Assembly (NCBI RefSeq): GCF_024521635.1
Contig: NW_026250404.1
Coordinates: forward strand, 1,116,001-1,180,000
Origin: Tricharina praecox
Taxonomy: Eukaryota
Direction: 5' to 3'
Length of the DNA: 64,000 nt
In this document: piece after piece, positions 11,063-22,358 of the stretch
Layout of the letters: every line of letters begins with the position of its first letter
Numbering within the stretch: position 1 is the stretch's first letter
Notes under the pieces: generated by a model
The model's database searches: none
The model's input: the letters and a program-made list of their open reading frames with translations, nothing else
What the model was told of the DNA's origin: nothing
Position numbers and translations under genes: made by a program

Positions 11063-13759
11063 ATGCAGTTCCGAAAGGGTATTCAGATCGCCGCTCTCCT
11101 GTCGGCTCTCTCCCACATGGGAGCCGCCGCCCCGGCCCCGGCCGGCGGTGTCGAGGCCCGCGGTGATAACTACGGTTACACCGCTCCTACCCCCAACAAC
11201 GCCACATACACCTCCGCCGCTACCTACGGAGCTCCTACTCCCGTCGCCGGCTACCCCAAGGGCGAGGACTACGACCACACCAAGTACCCCAACGGCAAGC
11301 CGTCCGCAGGCTACCCCAAGGGCGAGGACTACGACCACGTCAAGTACCCCAACGGCAAGCCTTCCGCCGTCGACTACCCCAAGGGCGAGGACTACGACCA
11401 CGTCAAGTACCCCAACGGCAAGCCTTCTTCCGTCGACTACCCCAAGGGCGAGGACTACGACCACGTCAAGTACCCCAACGGCAAGCCTTCTTCCACCGGC
11501 TACCCCCACGGAAAGCCCACATATGTGAACGGCAAGCCTACCTACCCGGCTGCGGAGGACTGCGATGAGAACGGTGTCCCGTACTCGTCTTACCCTCACG
11601 GAAAGCCTTCCGGCAAGGGTTACCCCTCCAAGTTCGGCGGCAAGGGTGACTACCCGTCCAAGACTGGCTACCCGGCCAAGACCGGCACCGGCTACCCCTC
11701 CAAGACTCGCTACCCCGGCAAGAACCACGGAGACGACGAGTCTGACTCCGAGCACGGATCCGAGTACGAGTCCGAGGATGAAGGTCACGGACACGGCAGA
11801 AAGCCCACCGGACACGGACACGGATACAAGCCGTCCAAGCCCACCAAGCCGTCTTACCCCGTCGCTAAGCCCACCAAGCCCACCTACACCAAGCCTAACG
11901 GCCACGGATACCCCTCCAAGGGACACGGTGGTAAGGACTGGGAGTCCGAGGATGAGGACTACGTTCCCTACAAGCCTACCAGGCCTACCGGCAAGCCCAC
12001 CGGACACGGATACCCTTCCAAGGGACACGGCGGTAAGGATTGGGAGTCCGACGATGAGGACTACGTTCCCTCCAAGCCCACCTACAAGCCCACCAAGCCT
12101 GTCTACACCAAGCCCAGCGGACACGGATACCCTAAGGGACACGGCGGTAAGGACTGGGAGTCCGAGGATGAGTACACTCCCCGCAAGCCCACCGGCAAGC
12201 CCGTGAAGCCGTACAAGCCTTCGTACCCCACCAAGCAGCCCGTCAAGCCTACCTACAAGCCCACCAAGCCCACATACATTAAGCCTAGTGGACACGGATA
12301 CCCCTCCAAGGGTCACGGCGGCTGGGAGTCCGAGGATGAGTACACTCCCCGCAAGCCCACCGGCAAGCCCGTGAAGCCGTACAAGCCTTCGTACCCCACC
12401 AAGACCCCCTACAAGCCTACCAAGCCCACCTACGCCGTCGACACCCCGACCAAGAAGCCCCAGGGACACGGATACCCTTCCAAGGGACACGGTGGTAAGG
12501 ACTGGGAGTCCGATGACGAGGAGGAGACCTACCCCAAGGGTCACGGTGGAAAGGACCACGACGATTCCGAGTGGGAGTCTGACTCCGAGGACACCTACCC
12601 CAAGGGTGGAAAGCCCCACGGAGGATACCCGGCCAAGTCCACCGGCTACCCCTACGGACCCAAGGACACTGGTTACCCTTCCAAGTCCACCGGCTACCCC
12701 TACGGACCCAAGGACACTGGTTACCCTTCCAAGGGTACCGGCTACCCCCACGGAAAGCCCTCTGGAAAGCCCACCTACCCCAACGGCGGCAAGAACGTCG
12801 ATGAGGAGGATTGCGATGAGAACGGTGTCCCGTACTCGTCCTACCCTCACGGCAAGCCTTCCGGCAAGGGATACCCTTCCAAGGCCACCGGCTACCCTAA
12901 CGGACCCAAGGACACTGGTTACCCTTCCAAGGGCACCGGCTACCCTAACGGACCCAAGGACACTGGTTACCCTTCCAAGGGCACCGGCTACCCTAACGGA
13001 CCCAAGGACACTGGTTACCCTTCCAAGGGCACCGGCTACCCTAACGGACCCAAGGACACTGGTTACCCTTCCAAGGGCACCGGCTACCCTAACGGACCCA
13101 AGGACACTGGTTACCCTTCCAAGGGCACCGGCTACCCTAACGGACCCAAGGACACCGGTTACCCTTCCAAGGGCACCGGCTACCCTAACGGACCCAAGGA
13201 CACCGGTTACCCTTCCAAGTCGGTAGAGTACCCCAAGGATAAGGGCACTGGCTACCCCACCAAGTCCGTCGAGTACCCCGCTGGAGGCAAGGACACCTAC
13301 CCCAAGGACACTGCCTACCCTACCAAGTCGGCCGAGTACCCCAAGGATAAGGGCACCGGTTACCCCACCAAGTCCGTCGACTACCCCGCCGGAGGCAAGG
13401 ACACCTACCCCAAGGACACCGCCTACCCTACCAAGTCGGTTGAGTACCCCGCCGGAGGCAAGGACACCTACCCCAAGGATACCGCCTACCCCACCAAGTC
13501 CGTCGACTACCCCGTCGGAGGCAAGGACACCTACCCCAAGGATACCGCCTACCCCACCAAGTCCGTCGACTACCCCGTCGGAGGCAAGGACACCTACCCC
13601 AAGGATACCGCCTACCCCACCAAGTCTGTCGACTACCCCGTCGGAGGCAAGGACACCTACCCCAAGGCCACCCCCACTTCCACTTACCCCTCCAAGGGTG
13701 GTGAGGACGAGGAGGACTGCGATGAGGAGGAGGTGGTTCCTGTCAAGAAGACCTACTAG
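11063..13759 (+). CDS. Secreted 898-aa Tyr/Lys/Pro/Gly-rich tandem-repeat protein (putative cell-wall/adhesive structural protein)
   Basis: Intronless ORF with strong codon bias; signal peptide MQFRKGIQIAALLSALSHMGAA and pro-segment ending EAR; four repeat families; three EDCDE motifs; no hydrophobic GPI tail. Confidence 0.9.
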   Translation: MQFRKGIQIAALLSALSHMGAAAPAPAGGVEARGDNYGYTAPTPNNATYTSAATYGAPTPVAGYPKGEDYDHTKYPNGKPSAGYPKGEDYDHVKYPNGKPSAVDYPKGEDYDHVKYPNGKPSSVDYPKGEDYDHVKYPNGKPSSTGYPHGKPTYVNGKPTYPAAEDCDENGVPYSSYPHGKPSGKGYPSKFGGKGDYPSKTGYPAKTGTGYPSKTRYPGKNHGDDESDSEHGSEYESEDEGHGHGRKPTGHGHGYKPSKPTKPSYPVAKPTKPTYTKPNGHGYPSKGHGGKDWESEDEDYVPYKPTRPTGKPTGHGYPSKGHGGKDWESDDEDYVPSKPTYKPTKPVYTKPSGHGYPKGHGGKDWESEDEYTPRKPTGKPVKPYKPSYPTKQPVKPTYKPTKPTYIKPSGHGYPSKGHGGWESEDEYTPRKPTGKPVKPYKPSYPTKTPYKPTKPTYAVDTPTKKPQGHGYPSKGHGGKDWESDDEEETYPKGHGGKDHDDSEWESDSEDTYPKGGKPHGGYPAKSTGYPYGPKDTGYPSKSTGYPYGPKDTGYPSKGTGYPHGKPSGKPTYPNGGKNVDEEDCDENGVPYSSYPHGKPSGKGYPSKATGYPNGPKDTGYPSKGTGYPNGPKDTGYPSKGTGYPNGPKDTGYPSKGTGYPNGPKDTGYPSKGTGYPNGPKDTGYPSKGTGYPNGPKDTGYPSKGTGYPNGPKDTGYPSKSVEYPKDKGTGYPTKSVEYPAGGKDTYPKDTAYPTKSAEYPKDKGTGYPTKSVDYPAGGKDTYPKDTAYPTKSVEYPAGGKDTYPKDTAYPTKSVDYPVGGKDTYPKDTAYPTKSVDYPVGGKDTYPKDTAYPTKSVDYPVGGKDTYPKATPTSTYPSKGGEDEEDCDEEEVVPVKKTY
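11250..11500 (+). repeat. Coding tandem repeat A, YPKGEDYDHVKYPNGKPS x4 (60-63 bp)
   Basis: Near-identical units read directly in DNA and protein. Confidence 0.9.
12887..13219 (+). repeat. Coding minisatellite, 48-bp unit (TGYPNGPKDTGYPSKG) x7
   Basis: Almost perfect 48-bp tandem copies. Confidence 0.95.
13255..13670 (+). repeat. Coding minisatellite, 63-bp unit (DTYPKDTAYPTKSVDYPxGGK)
   Basis: 63-bp periodicity seen directly (e.g. 13501 vs 13564). Confidence 0.9.
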
Positions 13760-16700
13760 ACGGATACACCGACTGTGGCGGTAGCATCATGGAGTTTGTT
13801 TTGAGGTTGTGATTTTCTTTTTTCTATTGTTTATTATTGGATTTGTCGCTCGTTTATCATGTGGCGGGAGGGTGGATTGGAATCTTTGATGGAAAGGATT
13901 TTGTAGCCCGGTAGTGTTAATTGATTTTGGCGGATGTTCAGAAAATCTGGCTGTGCTCTTCTCGGCGACTTCAAACGTGATTAACTTGCCCATGGTCCGC
14001 TCTTCGGCATTTGCGATTAGCACTCCCGCCTCTGGCGGGCTGATCGGTTCTATTCACGATATCGCACTTAATAATGTGAGTCTTTCAATTCGGTGTTTTC
14101 TTTGCGCCTAACAGCAGCATCGCCTAATTTACGCTGCGTCATAACCAATCTCTCTAAGTGCAATTATCATAAATTCAGGGACGAAACTAAACATTTTTAC
14201 GTTTTTAGATTTGTTTGGGCCGCTGCGAGGGGCCGAGGGCACGCTGCACCACAGCTGAGAGGCGTCCAGTGTCCACCTCCGTAGACGTGCATAGGGTACA
14301 TACAGCGAGTCAACGACCCGAACCATAGACGAACACTGCGTTACGTATGACACGATTTGCAAAACCGACACAACCCAACCGACACAACTGCCACCCTGTC
14401 ACCACGTCTATTCCTTCCTCGCCTCTCCTCACGACTCGGCGCGCGCTCGAAGTCGCAGTCGCAGTTGTTCCGCACCGTACTCTTTCTCGCGTTTCTCGCG
14501 AGCCGATGCGATGCGATACGGATCGCTCGGAGATCCCGATACTCGGGTGGCTCTCGGATCAAGCTTTGGCTAGGCTAGGCTGGCTGCTGGCGCGATCGGA
14601 CCCTTGATTTCTCTGCGGCCTCTAACGCCGGGTGCTAATTTAGCGCGGTGGGAGCCGGGATTGAAAACTCTGGGCGGCAGGAAAGGCGTCGGGCGAGCGT
14701 GGGAGAAGGGGAGGTCGGGGTTTTGGGCGGAGGATTGGAATATATTCCGTTTTTTGTCGGGGAATGAAGCGGATAGTGGTTCTCGGGCGGTGTTGGCTGC
14801 TAACAATCACTGGAAGGTACCCGGGGCGGCCAGTTTGCGGCCAGTTTGCGGCCCCTGACACCTACCTTGGAAGACTCTCTTTTGTCGCCGGCTGCCTGCG
14901 CGGGCGGGATAAGTCTACTACACGGCGGCGGAGTTATCATGCAAAGACTTCCGTACGACTGGAATAGCGCGATTGATGCTGACGCTGACGCCGAAGCTCC
15001 GGGTTGTCGGGAATTGAAGGAGCGATGCCGGCAGATCGAGACTTCCGACTCCCAAGCCGAATGGATGCGAGAAACTTCTGGAGTGAGGTAAGGGATTGGA
15101 GATCTCCGGTACTAATGATGTGGCAGGTACCTGGGTCAGTCAATTTGTCGCCGTGTCGCTGTGCCGTCGACGCTTTCCGGGAGCACCGGCTCGAGTCTGC
15201 ACGACTGATACGGTGGTCGCGGTGGTAGTATCTCGCACCATGACACCGATCATATTCGTATCTACCGGCTCCATTCATTTTTGGGTATATACTCACGGTT
15301 TACCGGCTACATGTGATCTACATCCAGGGGAATCGCGTGCGCACTGGATAGCTGGATGGTTGATAAAGCGCTTCAGTGGGCATTGGTAAGCTTAATACAC
15401 CTCTCATTCGCGTGGATTGGGAAAGAACCAAGCAATAACTAACGGTGCTTCTACATAGGTGTTTTCGGTGTTTTCGGCGTTTTTGGTTTCGCCAACCTCC
15501 GAATCCCGACTCCGGAAACCCGAGGTCGCCGTCGTTTTTCAGGTACCAACTTACGGTCCACCGGCACGTACGGCGCGACCGGAACCCATCCTACACTACT
15601 ATATTCATATCATACATCCGACCGGAAGCGCGGGCACAACGGCGAGAAATTAAACCCCGAATAATCAAAGATAGGGGGCAGGTTCTACATTCGTCCGTGG
15701 ACAGAGCGACGGAAATATGTAATCGACTCGACACGGATTTCCAACGAATACAGCAGCAGCGGCGGGTGTCCGGAATCACGAAGAACCATGGCACACCCCG
15801 GTCGCCGACTCCCCGACTCCCCCGGCATGAAGGGATCGCGAAGCGAAATTCCCCAAGCGAATACTGGGCATAGCTGCTTCTTCTAGTTAGCACGCCGACA
15901 ATAGTGCAAGGATGCCTTGCAGCGAATGCTAGAGGAATTCCGTGCAATACGAGGTACCTACATCCAGAAATACAGACGGGGATCGTTTTCTGCTCTGCTC
16001 TGTGATGCTCTAGATAGGATGCTCTAGGATGCCTGACCTGGCAATCTGTCCACGTGGGAATCACGCGATTGCGAACAAACGCGAACCCCTTTTGGGCGCT
16101 TCTGCCACCGGGTCCGGGGGAGGGGGGTAGGGGGTCGGGAATCGGGGGTACATACATATTGCACGTCGCTATCGACAATCCATGAACGTCGCTGCCTAGA
16201 TTCGGACCCCATGCGGCGGTCCCAAGGCTGTCGCCTTCCCATTGCGATGTTTGGGGGGCTCAGTTTCCCCCAGTTGGGTGGATGGATGTCGGTTGCGTGC
16301 GGCGCTTGCCCGAGATCTGATTGTCCCGGCACTTTAGCCGTGGCCTGTGGGTCGCGACTGGGAGTTTCATCAGACGATTGTGCTGATCGTACCGATTGGG
16401 ATGGTTATGCTACCGCAGTGGGTTGCCCTTCTATGTAGCTAGCACTGGGTCCCAGTTCTGGACGGAGGTCACAGCAATTGTATCTCGGCGACGCTCATCA
16501 TAGGAACCCATGGGGTCGACACTCTACGGCCCGCGCTCTCCGCGATCGAGGGTCGTTGATTGGCGCCCGGTGAGAGGAGCCCGAGGATTTTTTTGTCGCA
16601 TACGGCTGGTGCTAGGTGGAAAGGGAACTTAAGGAAGGAGTGAGTACGTGTGATTGATGGTCAGCAATAGGCGCGCCGCGTTGTGGACGACAGATTCAGT

Positions 16701-17279
16701 ATCACTCATCCTATTCATCCTCCCACCCCCCATCGCATTGGTTGTGTTAACGCTTCAGGAGAGACTGCGAGAACAGAAGCTTAGAAGAAATCAGAACTGC
16801 TCCATTCCAAGAACGAAAAGCAGCGGGTGATACCGCGTGTATGTGAAGCAAGTCGCCAGGCATTGACCAAAGTCGCCAGACGTTAGTCCTTTACTTATCG
16901 ATATTCACCCGTGCTAGCACTGCACACCCTCCGTGAGTAGCGGGCAATCATATATCGCCATCTATTGCGCCGGCTGTAGATCATTTGATCTGGCATCATG
17001 CGTCCCGGCGCCAACACGTGCTAGCCGATCGGGCTCCTACATACGCCTCGCGGACACCAACGCATTCCCGAGCTCCTACACTGGTGGCAGCCTGGCAGAT
17101 CAAATTCACCGATAAATTCTCGGTCGTGTTCGATGATCCCGCATCTATGTATGCCTGCGATTGAAAGGCGGGAATGTCGCGGTATGTAAATGGAAAGATC
17201 GACATCACACAGCACATCACTCGTCCATTGAACTTTCCAACATAATGAAATTGATTTTATAACCATCTACATTGCCTAC

Positions 17280-18889
17280 CTACAACAAGCTCCTCGTGAC
17301 ATGTTCCCTCCTCCTCTCCTTGTCCTTCGGCATCTCCCAATACTTTTTAAAATCCTTCTCAACATCATACCCCATCAACCACGGCGCAAACTCCGGATCC
17401 CTCCACGCGAGCACCTCTCCGGGCGGGGTAGGATTCATGCGGAGCTTCCTGTCCCTCTCGCACTGCTCCGCGCCGTCGGGGAGGTGGTAAAGATACTGCT
17501 GGACATTCCCGCGCTCGACGATACGCGCGACGCGAGCTCGCCGGCCGCGCTCATACACCGTCAGTGCGCGTTTCACCTCCGACCTGGACTTGATGCTCCC
17601 CAGGGCGAGCCCCAGGAACGCGCCGTCTTCGAGGGCCATACCCGCGCTTTTATCATCAGCTTGGAGTCTCTGCGCACACGTAGTGGGAGCGGTGGACTCA
17701 CCCAGCAGCCAAATACGGAAGCGCGGCGTGCACGGCGTCTCCCAGGAGCACGAAAGTCCCCGCGGGATTCGACCAGGCGGGTAGATCGTTTGGGCGGATG
17801 GAGAGCTTCCACTTGTGCACCTCCGTGCACAAGCCCAGCAGCTTGGGGATGCGCGCGTCCCAGTCCGCGTACAGCGCGCACATCTCGGCTACGTTTCCTG
17901 GGACTACGGTACTGCTGTCTGGAAGGTCGTCCGGCACCAAAAGGACCATGTTGAATTGTCGCCCGCCCCGGAGGACGTAGCTTACCGCATGTTTATCCGG
18001 GCCCTGGAGGTGTCAGTGGGGAGGTGTGCGGCGGGGAGGGGGGGGGGGGAGGGGGGAGGGGGGAGGGGCGCGCACAAGCCAGTACATAACCTGCGGATCC
18101 GTCACCATTCCCGCCAGCTCGGGATCCTTCAGCATCTCCCTCGCGTCCAGAAGGAGTCTATACGCCAGATCGCCCGTCTTCTTCGGCGGATCCTTATGCC
18201 CCACAAACGCCTCACGGGTCTTAGAATAAATCCCATCGGCGCCTACCACGAGGTCTGCGGTCACCCTCTCGCCGCCCTCCAGCACCACTGTCGTCTCCCC
18301 CCCGACAAACTCAAGCGTATCAACCCTCGCCTTACACCGCACCGTGGCACCCAGCTCCACCGCGCGCTCCAGCAAACACCGGTGCAGATTCGCGCGGTGG
18401 AAGTCCCAAAACGGGCTGCCGTACTTCTCAGCGGCCTCGGCGAAGCGCATGCTCGCCAGCGGCTCGCCGCGCCACGAGAGCATGTTTACGCACCGCGGCG
18501 TGGTCCAGTACGCTGATAGTGCGGGGGCAAGCCCCCAGCGCGTCAGAATCCGCGATGCGTTCGGGTGGATCTGGATGCCCGCGCCGATCTGAGATGGTTA
18601 GTTTTTAACCGAGTGATCGCCTGTGCGCCTGAGGGTGGGTGGGAGGCAAAATACCTCGCCGATTTCAGAGGCTGCCTCGAGTACCGTTACGTTGTGCCCG
18701 GCCAACGAGATGCCGATTGCGGCGCCGAGACCGCCGAGGCCTGCGCCGACTATTACTACCTACACATACCGAAGGATACTTGTCAGCCCGGGAGTCGGGA
18801 GTGGAGTCGGGGACGGAGGGGGAGGGGGTGGCAACATTCAGTTTACACCCGGCCGTGGGGTGGATGTATTCATGTGCCGCAGACTCCAT
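17280..18889 (-). CDS. hxnX: FAD-dependent monooxygenase, salicylate hydroxylase/6-hydroxynicotinate 3-monooxygenase type (HxnX-like); 4 introns; alternative start 18922
   Basis: Spliced reading gives VVIVGAGLGGL (Rossmann), IGAGIQ, VVGADGIYS (DG motif), LLGDAVHAALPYLAAG...GMALEDG (GD motif). The symbol rests on family plus cluster context. Confidence 0.8.
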
Positions 18890-19627
18890 ATTCGTTTTGT
18901 GGGTTGTGTTTTTATTGTTCATCGTATGATAAGGCGTGGAATCTCGTGGGGAACTGTCGAGCTCGAGTGGTCATGTAGATGGGTATCAACTTGTAGGCAG
19001 GCCACCGTTGCACCCCCATTATCCATATGCCCGCGGGGCCATTGAATCGGCACAGTATTGTTATGATTTCTACGGCGATCCTCCAGAATTTTTTGAATTC
19101 CATTATACGATCGCATTCGAGCTCCCGTTGCAGCGTGTCGGCCGTTGCACGTTGTCCTTCCGTGTCTCATAATTCTCATTCCAAGTGTAACAATGACGAC
19201 GCACGATGACATGGTCCAATACTCTACTCTACCTGTACCGTAATCCGATCCACTTGCCCCGTGCTCAAAACGTATGTAGAGTTTGTAGAGTTTGTACGCC
19301 TCCGGGGAACTTGGATGTCCCACCTGACAGTCGTGCTGCCCCTTGCCGATGCCACCCGCCCGCAGTACGCCAGCCACCTGCCTACCTACATCCCAGATTA
19401 CGATCGAGATTTGGGATTGCAGGACGACAAGACAAACGGTGGATGATCGGCGGCAAATGCCAATGTGCAGTGCAGTGCAGTGCAACCAGCGTGCCGTCAT
19501 GGATACCGCATGTACATATCACACAATACAATCTCAACGAGAGCATGTGGAGATTGCAACCATGACCTTCAGAGTGTGATGCATCCGGACCTACTACGAG
19601 ACACAACCGTCCTACCAGGCTACCAGG

Positions 19628-20502
19628 CTACCACCTTGTAACCCCGCCATCAACCAGCATGTCCTGCCCCGTCATGTACGAGCTCGCATCGCTCGCCAGG
19701 AACACGCACGCGCCGCGAATATCCTCTGGCTCCGCCACGCGCCCGTTCATGATCTCGTCCTTCCAGCTCTCGAGCAGGTGCGGGAACGGCGCCGTCATCT
19801 CCGTCCGCACGTAGCCGGGCGAGAGCGAGTTGATGCGGATGCCCTGGCATGGTGTTGTCAGTAAGATGTTGGTTATGGGGGGAGGGGGGGGGGATATACG
19901 TATTTGACCAGCTCGGCCGCAATCGGCGGGACCATAGTCCTGACCGCGCCCTTCGTCGCGCAGTAGGCGCTGCTCATCTGGCTCCTGATAGCCATATGGC
20001 TCGCAATACTTGCGACGCAGACGATGCTTCCCTTCTTCGTGCCGTTCTTGATCATCTGTTTCGCGGCCAGCTGGGCAGTGAAATACACGCCCTTCCCGTT
20101 GACATCCATCAGCCGCTCGAACTCCTCCTCCGTCGTGTCCACAAACGAAACGTTCTGGTTCACGCCTGCGCAGGGCACGCAGATGTCGAGCGCCCCCGAG
20201 AAGTCGGAGATGAATTGCGCGAAGCCAGCGGTGAGCGAGGACAAGGAGCTGACGTCCACCGTGTACCATGCTGTTCGCACGTTGTACGTTGAAGTGAGCG
20301 TGTGGAAGGCCGCCGACGGCGGGATGATGTCGAAGATTGCGATGGAACAGCCCGCTTCTGCCAGGCCTTCGGCGAAGGAGAGGCCGCAGCCCCGCGCGCC
20401 GCCGGTGATCAGGGCTACGCGGCCGGTGAGGTCGAACTGCGGCTGGTTAGCGGGTCTCTTGACGTGATTGCATGGATGGGGATTGTTTACTCTCTTGCTC
20501 AT
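19628..20502 (-). CDS. Short-chain dehydrogenase/reductase (polyol-dehydrogenase-like; occupies the HxnW role in the cluster); one intron ~19845-19900
   Basis: TGGARGCG cofactor motif, CAGV, ASIAS, YCATK catalytic motif, GIRINSLSPGY and SSYMTGQDMLVDGG C-terminus. Confidence 0.88.
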
Positions 20503-21024
20503 GTTGGTATCGATAAAACGTGGGTGGATTAGCTTGTGGTAGTGTGATGGAGCCAGGAGAGCTATGGGAGTCTAAATCTCGAGCTTATTTGAGCTTAACG
20601 GAAACTGCCGTCGTAAACGTCCACCCCTCACGACGATCATCTCCCGAGCCCCGCAACGGCGAGCTGCATATCCAGTTCTCCAAGCAGCTAAGGACTTATC
20701 TTTCGGAGTTACACGTCCGCGGAAGTTGATGCATGATATGCGGGTTGGCCATTTGCAGTTTATGCATTACTGGCCCTTCTCAGCTTGTGAAGGCCGTAGC
20801 AAAGCGGGGCAGCTCACAGTTATCGATAGCAACGGCCACCCATTCCTCCCACCCGTTGCTCCGATGCGGAGGGGGATAAAAGGGCCGGGCGCCGATCAAG
20901 ATTGATTGACGTTACATAGAGCACATCTGTTTCTCGATCCATCTGTTCCCAATCCCACTGCTCCAAATCTCATCTGCTCCACCACCTTACAATCTACCTA
21001 TCAAATTGGCCCATATTCTGAACA
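20503..21024. promoter_or_regulatory. Bidirectional promoter with HGATAR (GATA-factor/AreA-type) sites
   Basis: CGATAA 20511, TTATCT 20696, overlapping TTATCG/CGATAG 20820-20829, between the divergent SDR and hydrolase genes. Confidence 0.4.
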
Positions 21025-22250
21025 ATGGCCGAAGCAGCAGCTCCACCCAAGAAACGTACGCTTCCCAGCCTTCCTGGCCTCAGCCCCAACTGACTATCCA
21101 TTCGCACAGGCATCCTCTGCTCCTACGGCGTGGACATCGACGCCGTCGCTGGGTGGCTCGGCTCCTACGGCGGGGAGGACTCGCACTCTGACATTTCCCG
21201 AGGTGAGCACGCCCATTGCCCCTCACCCATTGCCCTGTATACATACAGAGCCCAAGTTACTGACGACTGCAGGAATGTTCGCCGGCACCGTCGGCACGCG
21301 CCGCATGCTCAAGCTGTTCGAAAAGTACAACATCAAGGCGACGTGGTTCATCCCGGGGCACTCGCTCGAGACGTTTCCCGAGGAGTGCGCCATGGTGCGG
21401 GACGCGGGGCATGAAATGTACCCTCCCCCTCCCCCTCTCCCTCAATTCTAGCTTAGACGACTAACGCCCTCGCAGCGGCCTCCACGGCTACTCTCACGAA
21501 AACCCCGTGGACATGACATGGGAGCAGCAGCGGGACGTGTTAGACAAGTCCTACCGGCTTCTGACGGAATTCTGCGGGAAGCCACCACGTGGGAATGTCG
21601 TTCCGTGGTGGGAGTGCAACGAGGAGGGCACGGAGCTGCTGCTCAGCTACGGCATCGAGTATGATCACTCCATGAGCCACCATGATTGCCAGGCATACTA
21701 CCTGCGCAAGGGCGATAGTTGGACGAAAATTGATTATCAGAAGAAGGCGGAGGACTGGATGAAGCCACTCGTTAAGGGACAGGAGACGGGATTGGTGGAG
21801 ATTCCGGGGAGTTGGTATATCGACGGTAAGTGCCGCGAGCGGTGGGGGCGTGGGGGCGTGCTGATGTGTGGTGTGCTGGTAGATCTCCCGCCGATGATGT
21901 TCATCAAGAACAACGCGAACTCGCACGGGTGGGTGAACCCGCGGGACATCGAAGACATCTGGCGGGACCACTTCGACTACTTCTACCGGGAGCACAAAGA
22001 CGAGGGGTTCATCTTTCCGATCACGGTGCACCCGGACGTCAGCGGGAGGCCGCACGTCCTGCTGATGCACGAGCGCCTCATCGAGTACATCAACTCCCAT
22101 GAGGGCGTCGAGTGGGTCACCATGGAGGAGATCTGCGATGACTTCAAGAGCAGGAATCCGTACCCCGAGGGCGCGCTGAAGCCGAGTCCGCCAGGTGAGG
22201 CGATGAGGGTCAGGCCGGAGTTGGGGGTTAAGGTGGGTGGTAGCGTGTAG
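21025..22250 (+). CDS. hxnM: Polysaccharide-deacetylase (NodB/CE4) family hydrolase, cyclic-imide hydrolase type (HxnM-like); 4 introns
   Basis: Spliced protein [35 protein letters not shown]...[16 protein letters not shown]...[10 protein letters not shown]...YDHS...DDLPPMMF...[21 protein letters not shown]; no signal peptide. Confidence 0.85.
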
Positions 22251-22358
22251 TGGGGTAGGGCTGTGGAGTTGTACATATGTTTACGCGGCTTGAGATGTAT
22301 ATATACGAGCGACGAGATTATCGTTATGGTTAAGAACGTCTGCTTGCTTCTATTATGG

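Noticed and set aside
11036..12850. 604-aa antisense ORF and Thr/Pro/Arg-rich alternative-frame ORFs over the repeat gene
   Set aside because: Shadows of a repetitive, strongly codon-biased sense gene; no independent start context or motifs.
12887..13670. CRISPR-like regular repeats
   Set aside because: Contiguous in-frame tandem units without unique spacers; eukaryotic context; no cas genes.
11063..13759. Repeat protein as a dikaritin/KEP RiPP precursor
   Set aside because: Repeats are not separated by KR/RR Kex2 sites, and no DUF3328/UstYa or tyrosinase gene is recognisable in the window.
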